32,000 bases of DNA from the NCBI GenBank assembly GCA_964565945.1, contig CAZMGY010000018.1, forward strand, positions 1-32,000, given 5' to 3'. Within the stretch, counting starts at the first letter, position 1. Each line of letters opens with the position of its first letter. Below the pieces are notes generated by a model, which saw nothing but the letters and a program-made list of their open reading frames with translations, had not been told where the DNA came from and did not search any database. The DNA comes from an uncultured bacterium (GTDB lineage Bacteria > GCA-001730085). Positions 8,801 to 20,800 of this stretch are shown one piece after another. The position numbers were made by a program, and so were the translations under genes.

Positions 8801-11800
8801 CCCAAACCAAATCTCCCCCCTTGACCAAGCATGGTGTGAACACCATCAAGAAAATTGTAATCTTCTTTACGAGCTAAGCGAATATCGACCATCGCGGCAA
8901 GCATATTGCGACGTGATTGATCCAATGTATTGGTACGATCGCGTCCGCCAAAATCCATCAGTTTTTGCATGGTCAAAATGCTAATGTCTAAATCGTGCCC
9001 TGTGAAAGATGTAATTATGGATGCTGTGATAGCAAAACGATTGGCGTTTTTAAAGGCTTTGAGAATCTCTTCTTGTTTGTTTGCATCAGCAGCTCTAAGA
9101 GCAATTTGTTTCATCGCTTGAAGAAACTCTTGGTCACCTTGATGCATAGCTTCTTCAATTTGCTTAAGAGCAACTTCGGCTTCGGCTTGATTCATGCCGT
9201 TAAGGGCGTCCATAACTGGTTTCATAGATTGAAATTCGCTTTGAGACATTATTTCTTTCATCATTTGAAGATTCATTTTGTTCACATGGAATTTGTCACC
9301 TTGAACATTAACAGTTCGTCTAAACCATTTGTGATCGCGATTGCTTGAAAGAAGGCCTTTTCCAGAGGCTTTAGCGGCCTGAGCTAAATCATTGTATGTG
9401 TTGCGAAGTTGATTGGCTTGCAAGTCACTTAAACGGACTTTAGCTTGATGTGAGTGCTGGCCTGAAACTTTTTCAGGTAAATCTTGTTTAGGATGGACAA
9501 GGGCATTCACTAAATTACCCATTTCGGATAAACTTTGGTTTCCAGACAAAATACCACCACGAGGAGTTGAAACGGGTTTGTTAGCCGCTGCACCAATGCG
9601 TCCTGTGATTTTAACGCCTTTGGTCATTTGAATTTCTTCTTGAAGCAAGCGCAATGGTTTACGAAGCTGAGCAAGGCCATGAGCCGACAAGGCTTTATGG
9701 CTCATTTTAAGTTGTTTGACAGCACCTTGATAAGCTTTGTTTAATCCTTCAATACCACTCATTGTGTCACCACGGAGTTCGAGATTACCTTTGTCGTTGC
9801 GGTTGAACTTGGCGAGCAACTTACGAATTTCATGCCGAGCTTTGGCAGAAAGATTAGGCTGGCTCATCATGTCACGCAAGATATCTTTAGGATATTCGCT
9901 GATTATACCGTTAAGTGTGTTGTATGTAGCTGAAAGAACTTTTTTACGCTCGTTTTGCAGTAAAGCCTTTCCAAGATTATGGACATTCACGTCGCCCATA
10001 TCTTTTAGATTAGAGACCATGCCGTCCGAGAGAAGCATGAGACGAATGTGGTTTTTGTTAGTGAATTTACGGTCACGACCATATGCCTGTCCAAAATCTG
10101 AAAATGTGGTGTCTTTGCCCATAAAGTTAAGGTAACTTACTGGTGCAGTTTCGAGGGCCCCAATATCCCAACCAAAACGGAGAGATTTATTGGTTAGAAT
10201 AGCGACTTGTGACACATCATAACGAGCTAAATCATTGGCGTTTAAGCCGATTTTAGCGAGTAAATCACTCTTGTTATCTTTGGACTGAACCACATCCATA
10301 ATGGCTTCCACAATTTTCTTAGAATCGACGCCTGGAATAGAATTATTATTAACCGATCCAACGGTTACACGTTCCCCATTGCTCTTGAGGCGATATATAT
10401 TGATTTGACCTGTTTCGTTGCCATATTCCAAGACCAATTGATCTTGTGTTTTCCACAAGTCTTTGATGGCACCTGTTTGCTGCATGGCTTGCATGAGTTG
10501 AAGTTTAGCTATTAGAACCCGCTGAACCAGAACTTGTTGCGTATTCGAAGCAGTGTACATATCTGGCTGTGTGCTCACATTGATTGTAAGAACAGTGTGA
10601 AGCATTTGAGCGACTTCGACTTCTTTGAGTTGATCACCCTTTTGACGCAGAGCATTGATTCCAATGGTTAAATTACGAATGGCAACATCTTTTTGAGCCT
10701 CGATGCGGCTAAATCCACTGGCATCTTCTCTGGTTAACATAAATTCACGCATGCTAGTAACCGCGGCAGCTAAGGCTTCTTTTTGTTGAGTGATTTGGAA
10801 TTGTTGCAAATTGGAAGCCACTGATTCGAAGGTTGCGGCAAGTTTTTCAACGCCGACAAGTTCACGTTTTTGAATTTCGTAGGTAGCCAATGTTTCCAAG
10901 CGTGGTGTGATCATTTCGAACAATTGAAGAACACCTGTTTGTTGTTGAGCCATCAAATACTGTTTAAAATGAACCGACCAGAGTTCGAAAGACATTTTTT
11001 GGCCATCGCTCCAGTTGGCTTCCACGCGCTCCAATTTGGCTTCCACGCGCTCCAATTTGGCTTCGAGTTTGGCTAAATCAGCGCCACTTTCTTTGCCTTC
11101 GGCTACTTTTTTCTTTATTTCACTCACTTGTCGTTGTAAGTCGTTTTTGACCGTATCTTTAAATGTTGTCGAATAAACTTCTTTATAAAACGATTGCAGT
11201 TGATCGTAAAGAGCTTGACCGTTACGACCACACATTTGAGGTCCCATTGTGTGCAGGTGAGACATAACTAAACTGATATCCTGACCAAACATTTTGACCA
11301 ATGTTCCCAAGGCACTACGTGATTCAGCACCAAGACCAAGTTGAGCGATTTTGGATACAGGAAGAGTGGTACCAGTCATGTATTGCACGTTTCCACCACC
11401 GCGTTGAATCACATTGATCAAACCAGTAACTGTCGATTGCAAGGAATCAGGCGCGGTTTTAACAAGATCTAAGCGCTGACCGTAAACCATATCAGTGTAT
11501 TTTTGCATAACTTCACGGTAAAAATTCTTATCATTTTTGCCTGTTCGAGTTTGCCGAATTCGCATGCTGCGGTAATCTTTGAGCCATTGGTGAGCTTGAG
11601 CACGAACAAACAGTTCTTGAACCACGCTTTGAGGTCCTGCCTGACGTGATTCATGATGCGATGGTAAGTGTCCGCGATCTTGGTACCTCGCCACCATGGC
11701 ATCGTATTCTTTGCTTGTTAATTCAAGTTTTTCTGCTTGAATCATTCGTTGAAATTCAGCATTCGAAGAGCCCCCTTTACGGTTATATTCGTTGAGACTC

Positions 11801-14800
11801 TCTTGTTGAATCAATGAAATAACATTGGTAAAAGCAGCCTCTTTAAGTTTAACCACATTCTCACCCATCTTACCAAATTGAATGGTTAATTCACGTTGTC
11901 CAATGCGTGGTTTGATCACCACTTCAAGAACACCAGCCAAATAAGGATCACTATGTTGTTGATCGATGCTGATAATATCTTCGCGTGAAGGTTTGATTAG
12001 GGTACGCTCGGCGCGGTCATTGGTGTAAGAGCTGATTTTTTCTCCGCGACGAATCACTTCGTAGTGACTACCCAATTGTTGGCTTAGAGCTTGAGACAAT
12101 GCAAAGAATCCTTTTTGAGTCACCCTGGTGCTGCGTCCACCAAAGGATTCATATATGCCCAAAACACTATCTTTTAAAAAGTACTTTAAGCTTCCCACTA
12201 TGCCGTTGGAATTAGGATTTTTGGCGTTGATAAAACTATCCAATTTTTTGGCTTTAAGCAGATCGCTACGCCCAATAGCTTTCAAGCCTTGGCCTGCCAC
12301 ATCGCTAGCCCAGAATTCGGCTTTAAAGTAAGTTCCCGTGCCAGCGATGGTTGATGTTTTCACAAAACGCTGAGTAAACTCTGAATTGATAAAATCTTTA
12401 ACCATCGCTGTGGCTTCGCCAAATTTGAGCGCTGTGCTGTATTCTTGTTTGCCCGGACGTGTGCTCAACTGATGCTGAAAGGTTCCTTTGGCAGGATCAA
12501 GGATAAGATAAGGCTTAGGACCAAAATCCATGACCGCGCCATTTTTGCTAATTTCGACACGAACAATTTTATTAGGATCAGCTGTGAAGCTAATTAAGAA
12601 TTCATCTTTTCCCTCGCGGAAACGGAAAATGTTTCCCCCATTCTCTTTCTCTTGGATACGAGCCAATTCTTGAGCCATGGGCAATTCGAGAGCAGTTGTA
12701 AAATCACGAGCTGTGTTGGCAGCCGTTTTGGCAGATTGTGATAAAGGATTTTCGGCTTTAAAACCAGAAATCAGGGCAGGAATATCACCAATCATATGTG
12801 CTTCGTCGACCAACATGCTAGATTTCTTAAATAAGAGCTGACCAATAGCCGCTTTCACGGGTTCTTTGCCTGTTTGACCTGCCAAGTGAACTTGCTCTAA
12901 AGACATGGCATCAGCAAACACAATCAACCCGCCTTGAGCTTGAGCGCGTTGAATTACTTTAAGGGTCGTTGCAGCTTCGCTTCCGTAGAGGCTAGCTCCA
13001 TCTAAACGAACATAAGTGACCATATTACCTTTTTCACGACCAGTTAACTGAGCTAAATAGGTATTACTGTTCAGTGTATCCATAAATGTGTGCCCATTCA
13101 CCATCATATCGGCCACCGCTTGATTGAGCTTACCGCTATCGGCAAAAAAGGAAATAGAGGTGTTAACGGATTCACCAAACAGGAGTGCACTGATAGCGGT
13201 GAAAATTGGAGAAATGGTTTTACTTTTACCAATACCAGTTACCGCATCGAGCAAATAAGACTCTTTGCCTAACATGCGGAAGGTTTCTTTAAGGCCATTG
13301 ATCCGTGTAGTTATGTCTCCTAAGAAAGTGTATTTGTAGTGACTGATAAAAGTCTTAACTACTTCGAGCATAACCTCGACCATAGGCAATTCTGCGGCAA
13401 AGGCCTGATCACTAGTGGCTTTGGATTTGGCAAATTGTAAGTAAGCTTTACGGACCAAGTTGAATTTTTCGCCACCTTTAAGAAGGACTTGACCTTCGGC
13501 ATCTTTGGTAAAAATCTTGTCTGCTATGCTTTTTTTCACTTTCATAGCTTCTTCGGCTTGATCAAGAAATTCGAAGAATGTAAAAGAGACCTTGCGAGCC
13601 ATTTGCTGGGTTGCCTGTCCAGCTAAGCTTAACTCACCCACTGTTGAGCGTAGTAATTGAGCCCATTGTTCAAATTGATTGCTTAGGCGTTGATCTCCAT
13701 CCAAAGACTCTTGCTCAGCTTTCGAAGAAGCTTGCATTTTGGCATTCACATCACGGCTAAAAGAGTCTTTGTCGCCCTTGGAATCCTTTTTGACAGAGCC
13801 TTGCACCTGCGCATCAGTCTGACGAATCATTTGAATCGCAACACTGCGGGCACTGTCTGTCATCATACTAAGATTGTCTTTAGCCAATTGTAATGAAGCA
13901 ATGTCGCGTTCAAGCAGGCTCACGCGCTCTTTAGCTTCGCGAATATTATCTTGGAGAGTTTTCTTCGTATCGGCAGAAACTTGACCCATTTGCATAGTTT
14001 TGGTGAAGGTTTCTTCGTGACGGGTCACGTGCTTTTCCGCTCCTTGCAGTTTTTTCGATTGCGCTTGAATTGACTTGTCTATCCAGCCTTTGAGCTTGGC
14101 AGGTTCGTTTTGGAGGTATTCGAGCAGGCTTTGTTTCAATTCCTTCATATCCTGAAAGGGTTTAGCCAGAGCTGCATCATCGCTACTTTGATCCTTTTTT
14201 AACGTAGTTTCTGCATTCATTTGAGAAAGCATTTCTTTCAACAACATAGGGTCTTGTAATATCCTTTGAACAAAAGCTTCTTGCCCTTGAAAACGGCGAG
14301 TATGTTCGATGGCTTGTTGCATGATTAACATATCGACCAAGAATTTGTTGCGTGCGTAAAGTGCTGGGTTGCTTTGAGCATCAACGTTAGCCGAACGCCC
14401 CTCGAAAAGGGCGCTATAGATGGTTTTGTAAAAGGCTTCGATGGCTTCGTTGTTTTTGCGACCGACGTAGGTGTTGATTAAATCAAAAACAGTGTGCGCA
14501 TTGATCTCCAAATTTTCGGCTAATTCTTTATTAAGCGAGTCTTGCACTTTTTGCAAGCCCACATCCTTAAGCAGAAGGGCAGATATAGCCTGAATATCTT
14601 TGAGGCTCCAGCCCGACTCTTTGAGTTCTTTAAGAGCTGTTGTCACACCCTCTGTTTGTCCTTGGAAGGCTTGCGTAACAACATCAACTTCAACTTGCTT
14701 CTTGGTATTACCCTCTTTGCCCCTTTCCTTAAGAGGGCTAGGCCATAGGTCTTTAAGTTCTTTATGTAGTTCTTTGATCAGAGCCTCCACAGAAGGTTCT

Positions 14801-17800
14801 CTTTGACTGCTCGCTTTTAACGCAGCTTTCATGAATTTCTCTTTGAATGTGTCCCCAAACTTCTGTGAAGCACCTTGTATATCTTTAACTGCAGCATCCA
14901 CAGCTTGTTCCAAAGAAACTAAACTATCAAATCCTTTTTGATGATTGTATTGTTCTTTGAGAGCTTCTTGTCCTTTAGTTTTAATGGCTAACTCAGGCAG
15001 ATACACGCGTTGAATGATCTTATCTTGTATCGTACGATCCAAGCTGTAGAGGCTTTCGAGAGCATTTTCGTAACTTTGCCTTTGTGAAGCGCCACGCATT
15101 TGATATGCAAAAAAACTCCCCGCAACAAAGAAGGCAATTCCGACAAATGGTGTGACTAAGCTAGCGAGCAATCCAGTGACAAACAAAACGGGAAGCATAA
15201 TCGCGATGAAGCGACCACGGCCACCATTGCCAAAGATGTATTGGGCAACACTTTTCTTGCTGCCCTTGGTTTTAAATTCTTTCTCAAATTCAACTTGAGT
15301 TGCGATCCCCATGTTTTTGTATAAAACATTAGGTGTAAAGCTATCTTTAACTTCACCTGTACGAGTCACACGCACTTGATAGGCTATTGTGAAGGCATAA
15401 AGAATAGATTTGAGCGTTTCCGGCTTACTATCGTAACGGGTAAGCAATCGTTGCACGATCTGAGCCATGGCTTTTACATCGGCCGATGAGGTTAACAAGT
15501 GACCAATGATTTTGGTATTTTGAGCATAGGCCTGTGAGGTTTGGCCTGGATACGACATGCGGGCAGCCATAAGGTCAAGCATTTGCTCTTTGGTGAGATT
15601 TCCACGGATCATTTGATTCAAATGAGTTAGGAGTTGAGGTAATGTGAGCCCTGTTTGGCTCAATAATTTAGCAACATAAGGCAGCTGTTGCAAATCTTGA
15701 AGGTTTTGGGCCGCGACTTTGTCGGTCACAAGATCATCATCAGAAGCAGCAGGTGTGACCAAGGCATTAAAGGCATGATTATAAAGACCAATTACAAGAT
15801 GTGTCGCTAAATAACCAGTGACCACAGCAACCGTTAATGCGACAAAAGGTCCAGCCAAAGATAAAGCTGCGAAGGCAACTCCAAAGCCTGGGAGAGCACC
15901 AAGAATAGCGACTGTGGCGATAATACCAATCAGAGTGATCAAGCTATTTTTAACAGGAAGATAGCTGTTAAATTTAGCTTTAACATAGTTAAAGATCCCT
16001 CTGTAACCACTTGGAAAATCATCTCTTTCGACTCGATTGTTTTGCACTTCACGAGAACGTTGTCCATTAAAAGTTCTCACTAAATCATCTTGTTTTTTTT
16101 GTTCATTGTTTTGTTGGCGAAGTTCGGCGTTGGTCTCCATCGAGCTAAGAATACCCGCTGAGTTAGAAAAATGAAAAACACCTGTTTTGTTAAGGAGCAC
16201 TTGAGAGGCAATACCAAAAGCCATTAAGAACGGCGCTGCTCCACCAAAACCCGTCACCATAGGCGCTAATAATGGTATCAGAATTCCGAGTACTGGAAGA
16301 GCAAATCCCAATGAGACAGTAAGGGCCGCCACTACCACAACTTTTTGGAAGATGCCCATTTTTTTACCTTTGGCCATTAAAGGCAACATCATTAAACCTG
16401 CCGCCAAGCCAATTCCCACGGCAGCAATAGCTGGCAAGGCGGTTCCAAATGTTCCTACAGCCACCGCAGTGGCAATGGCAACAACCAAGGCGACTTTAAG
16501 AGATTTTTGGAATGCAGGATCACGGAATTTATTGGCAATCGAAGCACCCCAATACTGAAGCGTGTTGGGGGTTTGACCATGATGTTTTCTCATATAATCA
16601 ATGCGGAAGTCCATTTCATTAAAATTAGGATTATAAGGTTTCGAAGTTAATTTAATCTCTTTTTCAAATTGTAACATCGATGTTTGAGAGTGAAGTTTTA
16701 CGTCAAAAACATCTTCGAGCTGTCTTTGAACAAAGCTAGCGTACTTGGTTTGAAATTTATCGGAACGAACAGCCTCTCGAGCACCTTTTTCACCATTCAC
16801 GAGACGTAGTAAAGCTAAGGCTTCATTAGCTTTAGTGAGTGCGCGTTGAGCTTTGGAGAGCATTTCCGCCTTAGCTGCGCTTTGACCTGTCGTTTGAAGC
16901 AGATGTTGAAGCAGAGCTTCTCTTTGTTGGAGACGCATGCTAACGCCATCGGCAGTTTGCAAACTATTTTGCGAATAAGCAGCTTTCACACTGCCTTGGA
17001 TAAATTGATCCAAAACTTGACGATGAGCTGTAACTTCAATCATATCTGTACGATATTGATTTCTCATAATGCTTAAAACCATTTCTAGTTGAGCACTTCC
17101 TAAGGTTTCACCCGACAACATTTCTTTAACATTAACAGTTAACTCTTGATTGAAGGTTTTGACATGTTTCTGAATATTATTGACAGATTTTGTTGCTTGA
17201 TCCTTAAGATCCTTGATGTCTTTTGTATCAAAATATTCTGGCGAGGATTCAAGCATCTTAATAAGATCTCTCGCGATTTCCAATGGCGTGACCTCGTCTT
17301 TAGAAGCCTTCAACTTCAATTCAGCCAATGTGACTTTCTCTTGTTCAACCTGCTTAATACGAATGTCGAGTGCTGCATTCATTTTTTCCAGTAACTTGCT
17401 GTTTAGCTGAACTAAATTCTCATCCAGAGATCCTCTTTGGCTTGATTGAAAGAGGCTCTTCATGTGTTCAAGATGCGAATCAATACTTTTTTGCTGAGCC
17501 TCGGGACTTTTTAAAACAGGCTTATTTTTGACAACTTCAAGTCGTTGAATTTCTGATCTTAAACCAGAGCTAACAAAACCTTCGATTTTATTGGCCCGAC
17601 TTTCAAGAGCGTCTTTGGTTTTGTTCATCTCACTGATGACTGGTTCCCAATGTTCATTAGCTCGTCCAGCCTGAGCGATCTCTTTTTTGGCCGCCATTTT
17701 ATCGGTTTGAGAAGATTGAGCGCTTCCTGTAATAAGCTTAAGTTTCTCGATGCGAAAATTTTGATGCTTACGATTACCTTCATGTTGGGCAATTTGATTT

Positions 17801-20800
17801 GCCACTCTTGCTGCTTGTGAGCGAACTCCGCGCGCCTCGGCCACGTAGCTTTCTTGTAGTAATTCATGGGCCATTTGTATCAATTCATGACCAGTCAGAC
17901 CAGGCCGATCGGCTCCCTGAAGAACCTGGATGCTTTGTTTAAGGTTGGTTAAACGGACGTTGATTTCGGCAATACCAACTACAGCGGGCTTCTCAGATTG
18001 GAAGATTTGGCCATTAGGTCCGATTTTGGCAGGAATGGCATCTCGTCCCACTTTGAGTTCGACCATTTGTTTATCAAGGTTGCGAATTTCATTTTTCAAT
18101 TGACGTTGCTGCGGTGCTGTTAAGTTTGTAGCAGTTTGAAGCTTCTCTTGTTTATTGATTTTATCTAGAGATAGACTCTCAACACGATCACTCAATTGCT
18201 GTGTTTGTTGCTCAAGTTTTACTTTTTCGCCAAGAAGCTTGGTCTTGTGAGCCGTTAAGTTAGTTTGTAATCTCAATACATCGTTGGGCACTGTCAAATG
18301 ATTGGTCATGCGATCGATCTCTTGATTAGCACGTTCTTGGGCATGATCCAGGGCCTTTTCTCCTCCTGGTTGGGCCTTTTTTAGAATAGTGGCTACACTT
18401 TCCTCGATGGATCTGAGTGTGGCAGCATCCAAATCGGATCCTTGTTGGGTCGGAGTGTTTCCTGTAGTAACAACAACGTTGATTCCTTCTTGAGCATCAC
18501 TAAAAGACTTTTCAGTATTGAGTACATCCTGATAGCGATCAGAAATTCGTTCTTTGGCAACGGTTTCTTTCATTTTTATAATGCTTTGTTGTGTATGAAA
18601 AATATCACCTCTTGAAGCTCCAGTGTACACTTGAGTTAACTGATAAATTTCGCGATTGGACGTGCCAATGTCTTGAGATAGTTGTTTAGCTTCGGATTTA
18701 GCTGTATGAATCTCTGCTTGCAGTTCTTGCTGACGTGTGACGGATGGTTTTCGACTATGTTCTTTGCGATAGGATCGTCGACCTTTGTTGCTTGCCAATC
18801 CAGCGGTTTCTTTTTGCAATTGGCTTTCGAGCTGGCGAATCTTCTCTTGTTTTTGTGTCAATTTGTTTTGCATCTGGTTGATAAGACTTCCAGAGGTCTT
18901 GGCTGACACCTCTCCGTTTTCGGCTTTGAATCCAAGGCGATCGAGAACCTCTGCAGCATCTTTAGCTATCTGTTGTCCTTCCTCTCGAGATTTTTTCATG
19001 GTATGAGTGGCTTCACGGAAAGCCGTATATTGAGAAGTTTCAACATTTTGATACGTCGCTTTGGAAATGGTCGCTTGCAAATCTTGATCTGCGGCTGTTT
19101 CGGTAATTTGATGAGGAAGTGGTGATAAAATACGCGTTTCGACCGCTTTAACAGCTGCGTTCAAGTTTTCAGAAAATTCCTGAAATTTGTGTTTGTTACT
19201 GGTTTGTAGGTTGGAAATACTCGACATGTTTTCATGAAATTCACGGCGCATGTCTTTCATAGCAGTGAAATTAGTAGGTTCATTTTTCCAAAAATCATTA
19301 AGAAATGTCTTAGATCCACCTGGAACGCCTTCGACATTAGCTTTAAGATTAGTGTTATGCACTGCCAATTTATCGGCTTGTTTATTTTTGCCTTGTTTTC
19401 TAAGTTCTGCAATTTTTGTAATATTGGTCGCAATTTTTGTTTGAAGCTCATCAACACGGCTAGCTTGATCATAGCGTTGACGATGTTGCTCCATACGATC
19501 AAGATAGCTACCTTTGCTTTGATCAGAGTATTTGTCGTGACGAGCTTGAAGTTCTGCTTTATTTTCTTTAGCCTTTTCGAGTTCTGCACGTTTTTTTGAT
19601 GTTGTTCTGGCGGCTTTCTTACCTGACGCATCGCTTTTGCCTGTTGCTGCAGCATCAGGTATAGAAGGTTGAGATCCCGTAGTGGGAGGTTTTGTGATTG
19701 TCGTTCCTGGAGTCACTGGCGTGGCAGTGCTTATAGGTACAGGTGTTGTTGTTGCTGTTGAAGCATCTTTACCTGCCTTCGCATCCTCTTTGCTTTCTTG
19801 TTTTTTGATTTTAGCTTCACGCTTTTGAATACGTTTTTCGACTTTGGTTAACCTAATACCACCTAGCTCTGTTTCGATGCTTTCAAGCTTACGCTGTTCT
19901 TTGTTCAGCTCAGACTGTTGACGAACCACACTTTTTTTGTAGTGTTTCACATCACGATTGGCCTCATTATCTATACGTTTCACAACAACATCTACTTGGC
20001 TAGCTGTCATACTTGCTGTTATTTCTGTCGAAAGAAGTTTTTCTGCATGAGCGCATTTTTCCTGCAATTTTATAATATTTTGTTGAGTTTGAGCCAATTC
20101 ATCAGACAAATCTTTTTTTTCGGAACGAAGTTCATTGAGTTCTTTGGCCACTCGCGATATTTCTTTTTTGGCTTCCTTAAGAGTTTTTTCGTGTTCTTTA
20201 CGCTTCTTTCGAATAGCCGTTTTTTGACCTTCTAATGTGATTTCTTTGGTCTCAATCTCGCGAATACGAGTTTCAATCTCTTGCGCACGAGATTCTTTTT
20301 TAGCAATATCAGTTTGATTCTGACGGTAATCAGATAGGGCTTCTAGATCTTTTATACGCTCCCCTAAAAGGCGACGATCTTCTTTGATTTCTTTTTCGCG
20401 CGAGGCAACCGACTCTTGCTGCTGTGCTTGATCAATTTGAAGTTTCTTACTGCGTGAACGGAATAAGTTAACGACTCCTTGTCCGATTTTCTGAAGACCA
20501 AAACCAAGCAACCCAATCAGAAACAAGACAGGCGCCACTCCTGTAATGGTATCGAAAATACCATGAGCAACCCGCTTGCCTGTGCCAAAGCCATCATGTC
20601 GTCTTACATAACTACCAAAACCCGGTAATTCGCGCGAAAATTTCATAAAGCCAGAACCAAAACCATTTTTAGTGGAAACAGGTTTGAGTTTCATCCCGGC
20701 TTTCTTGCGAAGATCATTTAGTTGATGTTGCATTTGTTTGGTATTGTGACCACTTTGATCGAGGCGTTGAATTTTGATTTCCAGTTTCTGGATTGCGGCC

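Noticed and set aside
11015-11064. Whether the 21-bp direct repeat could be a CRISPR or other repeat array.
   Set aside because: Only 2.4 contiguous copies are present with no spacers, and they are in frame within a coding region. It is a simple tandem duplication.
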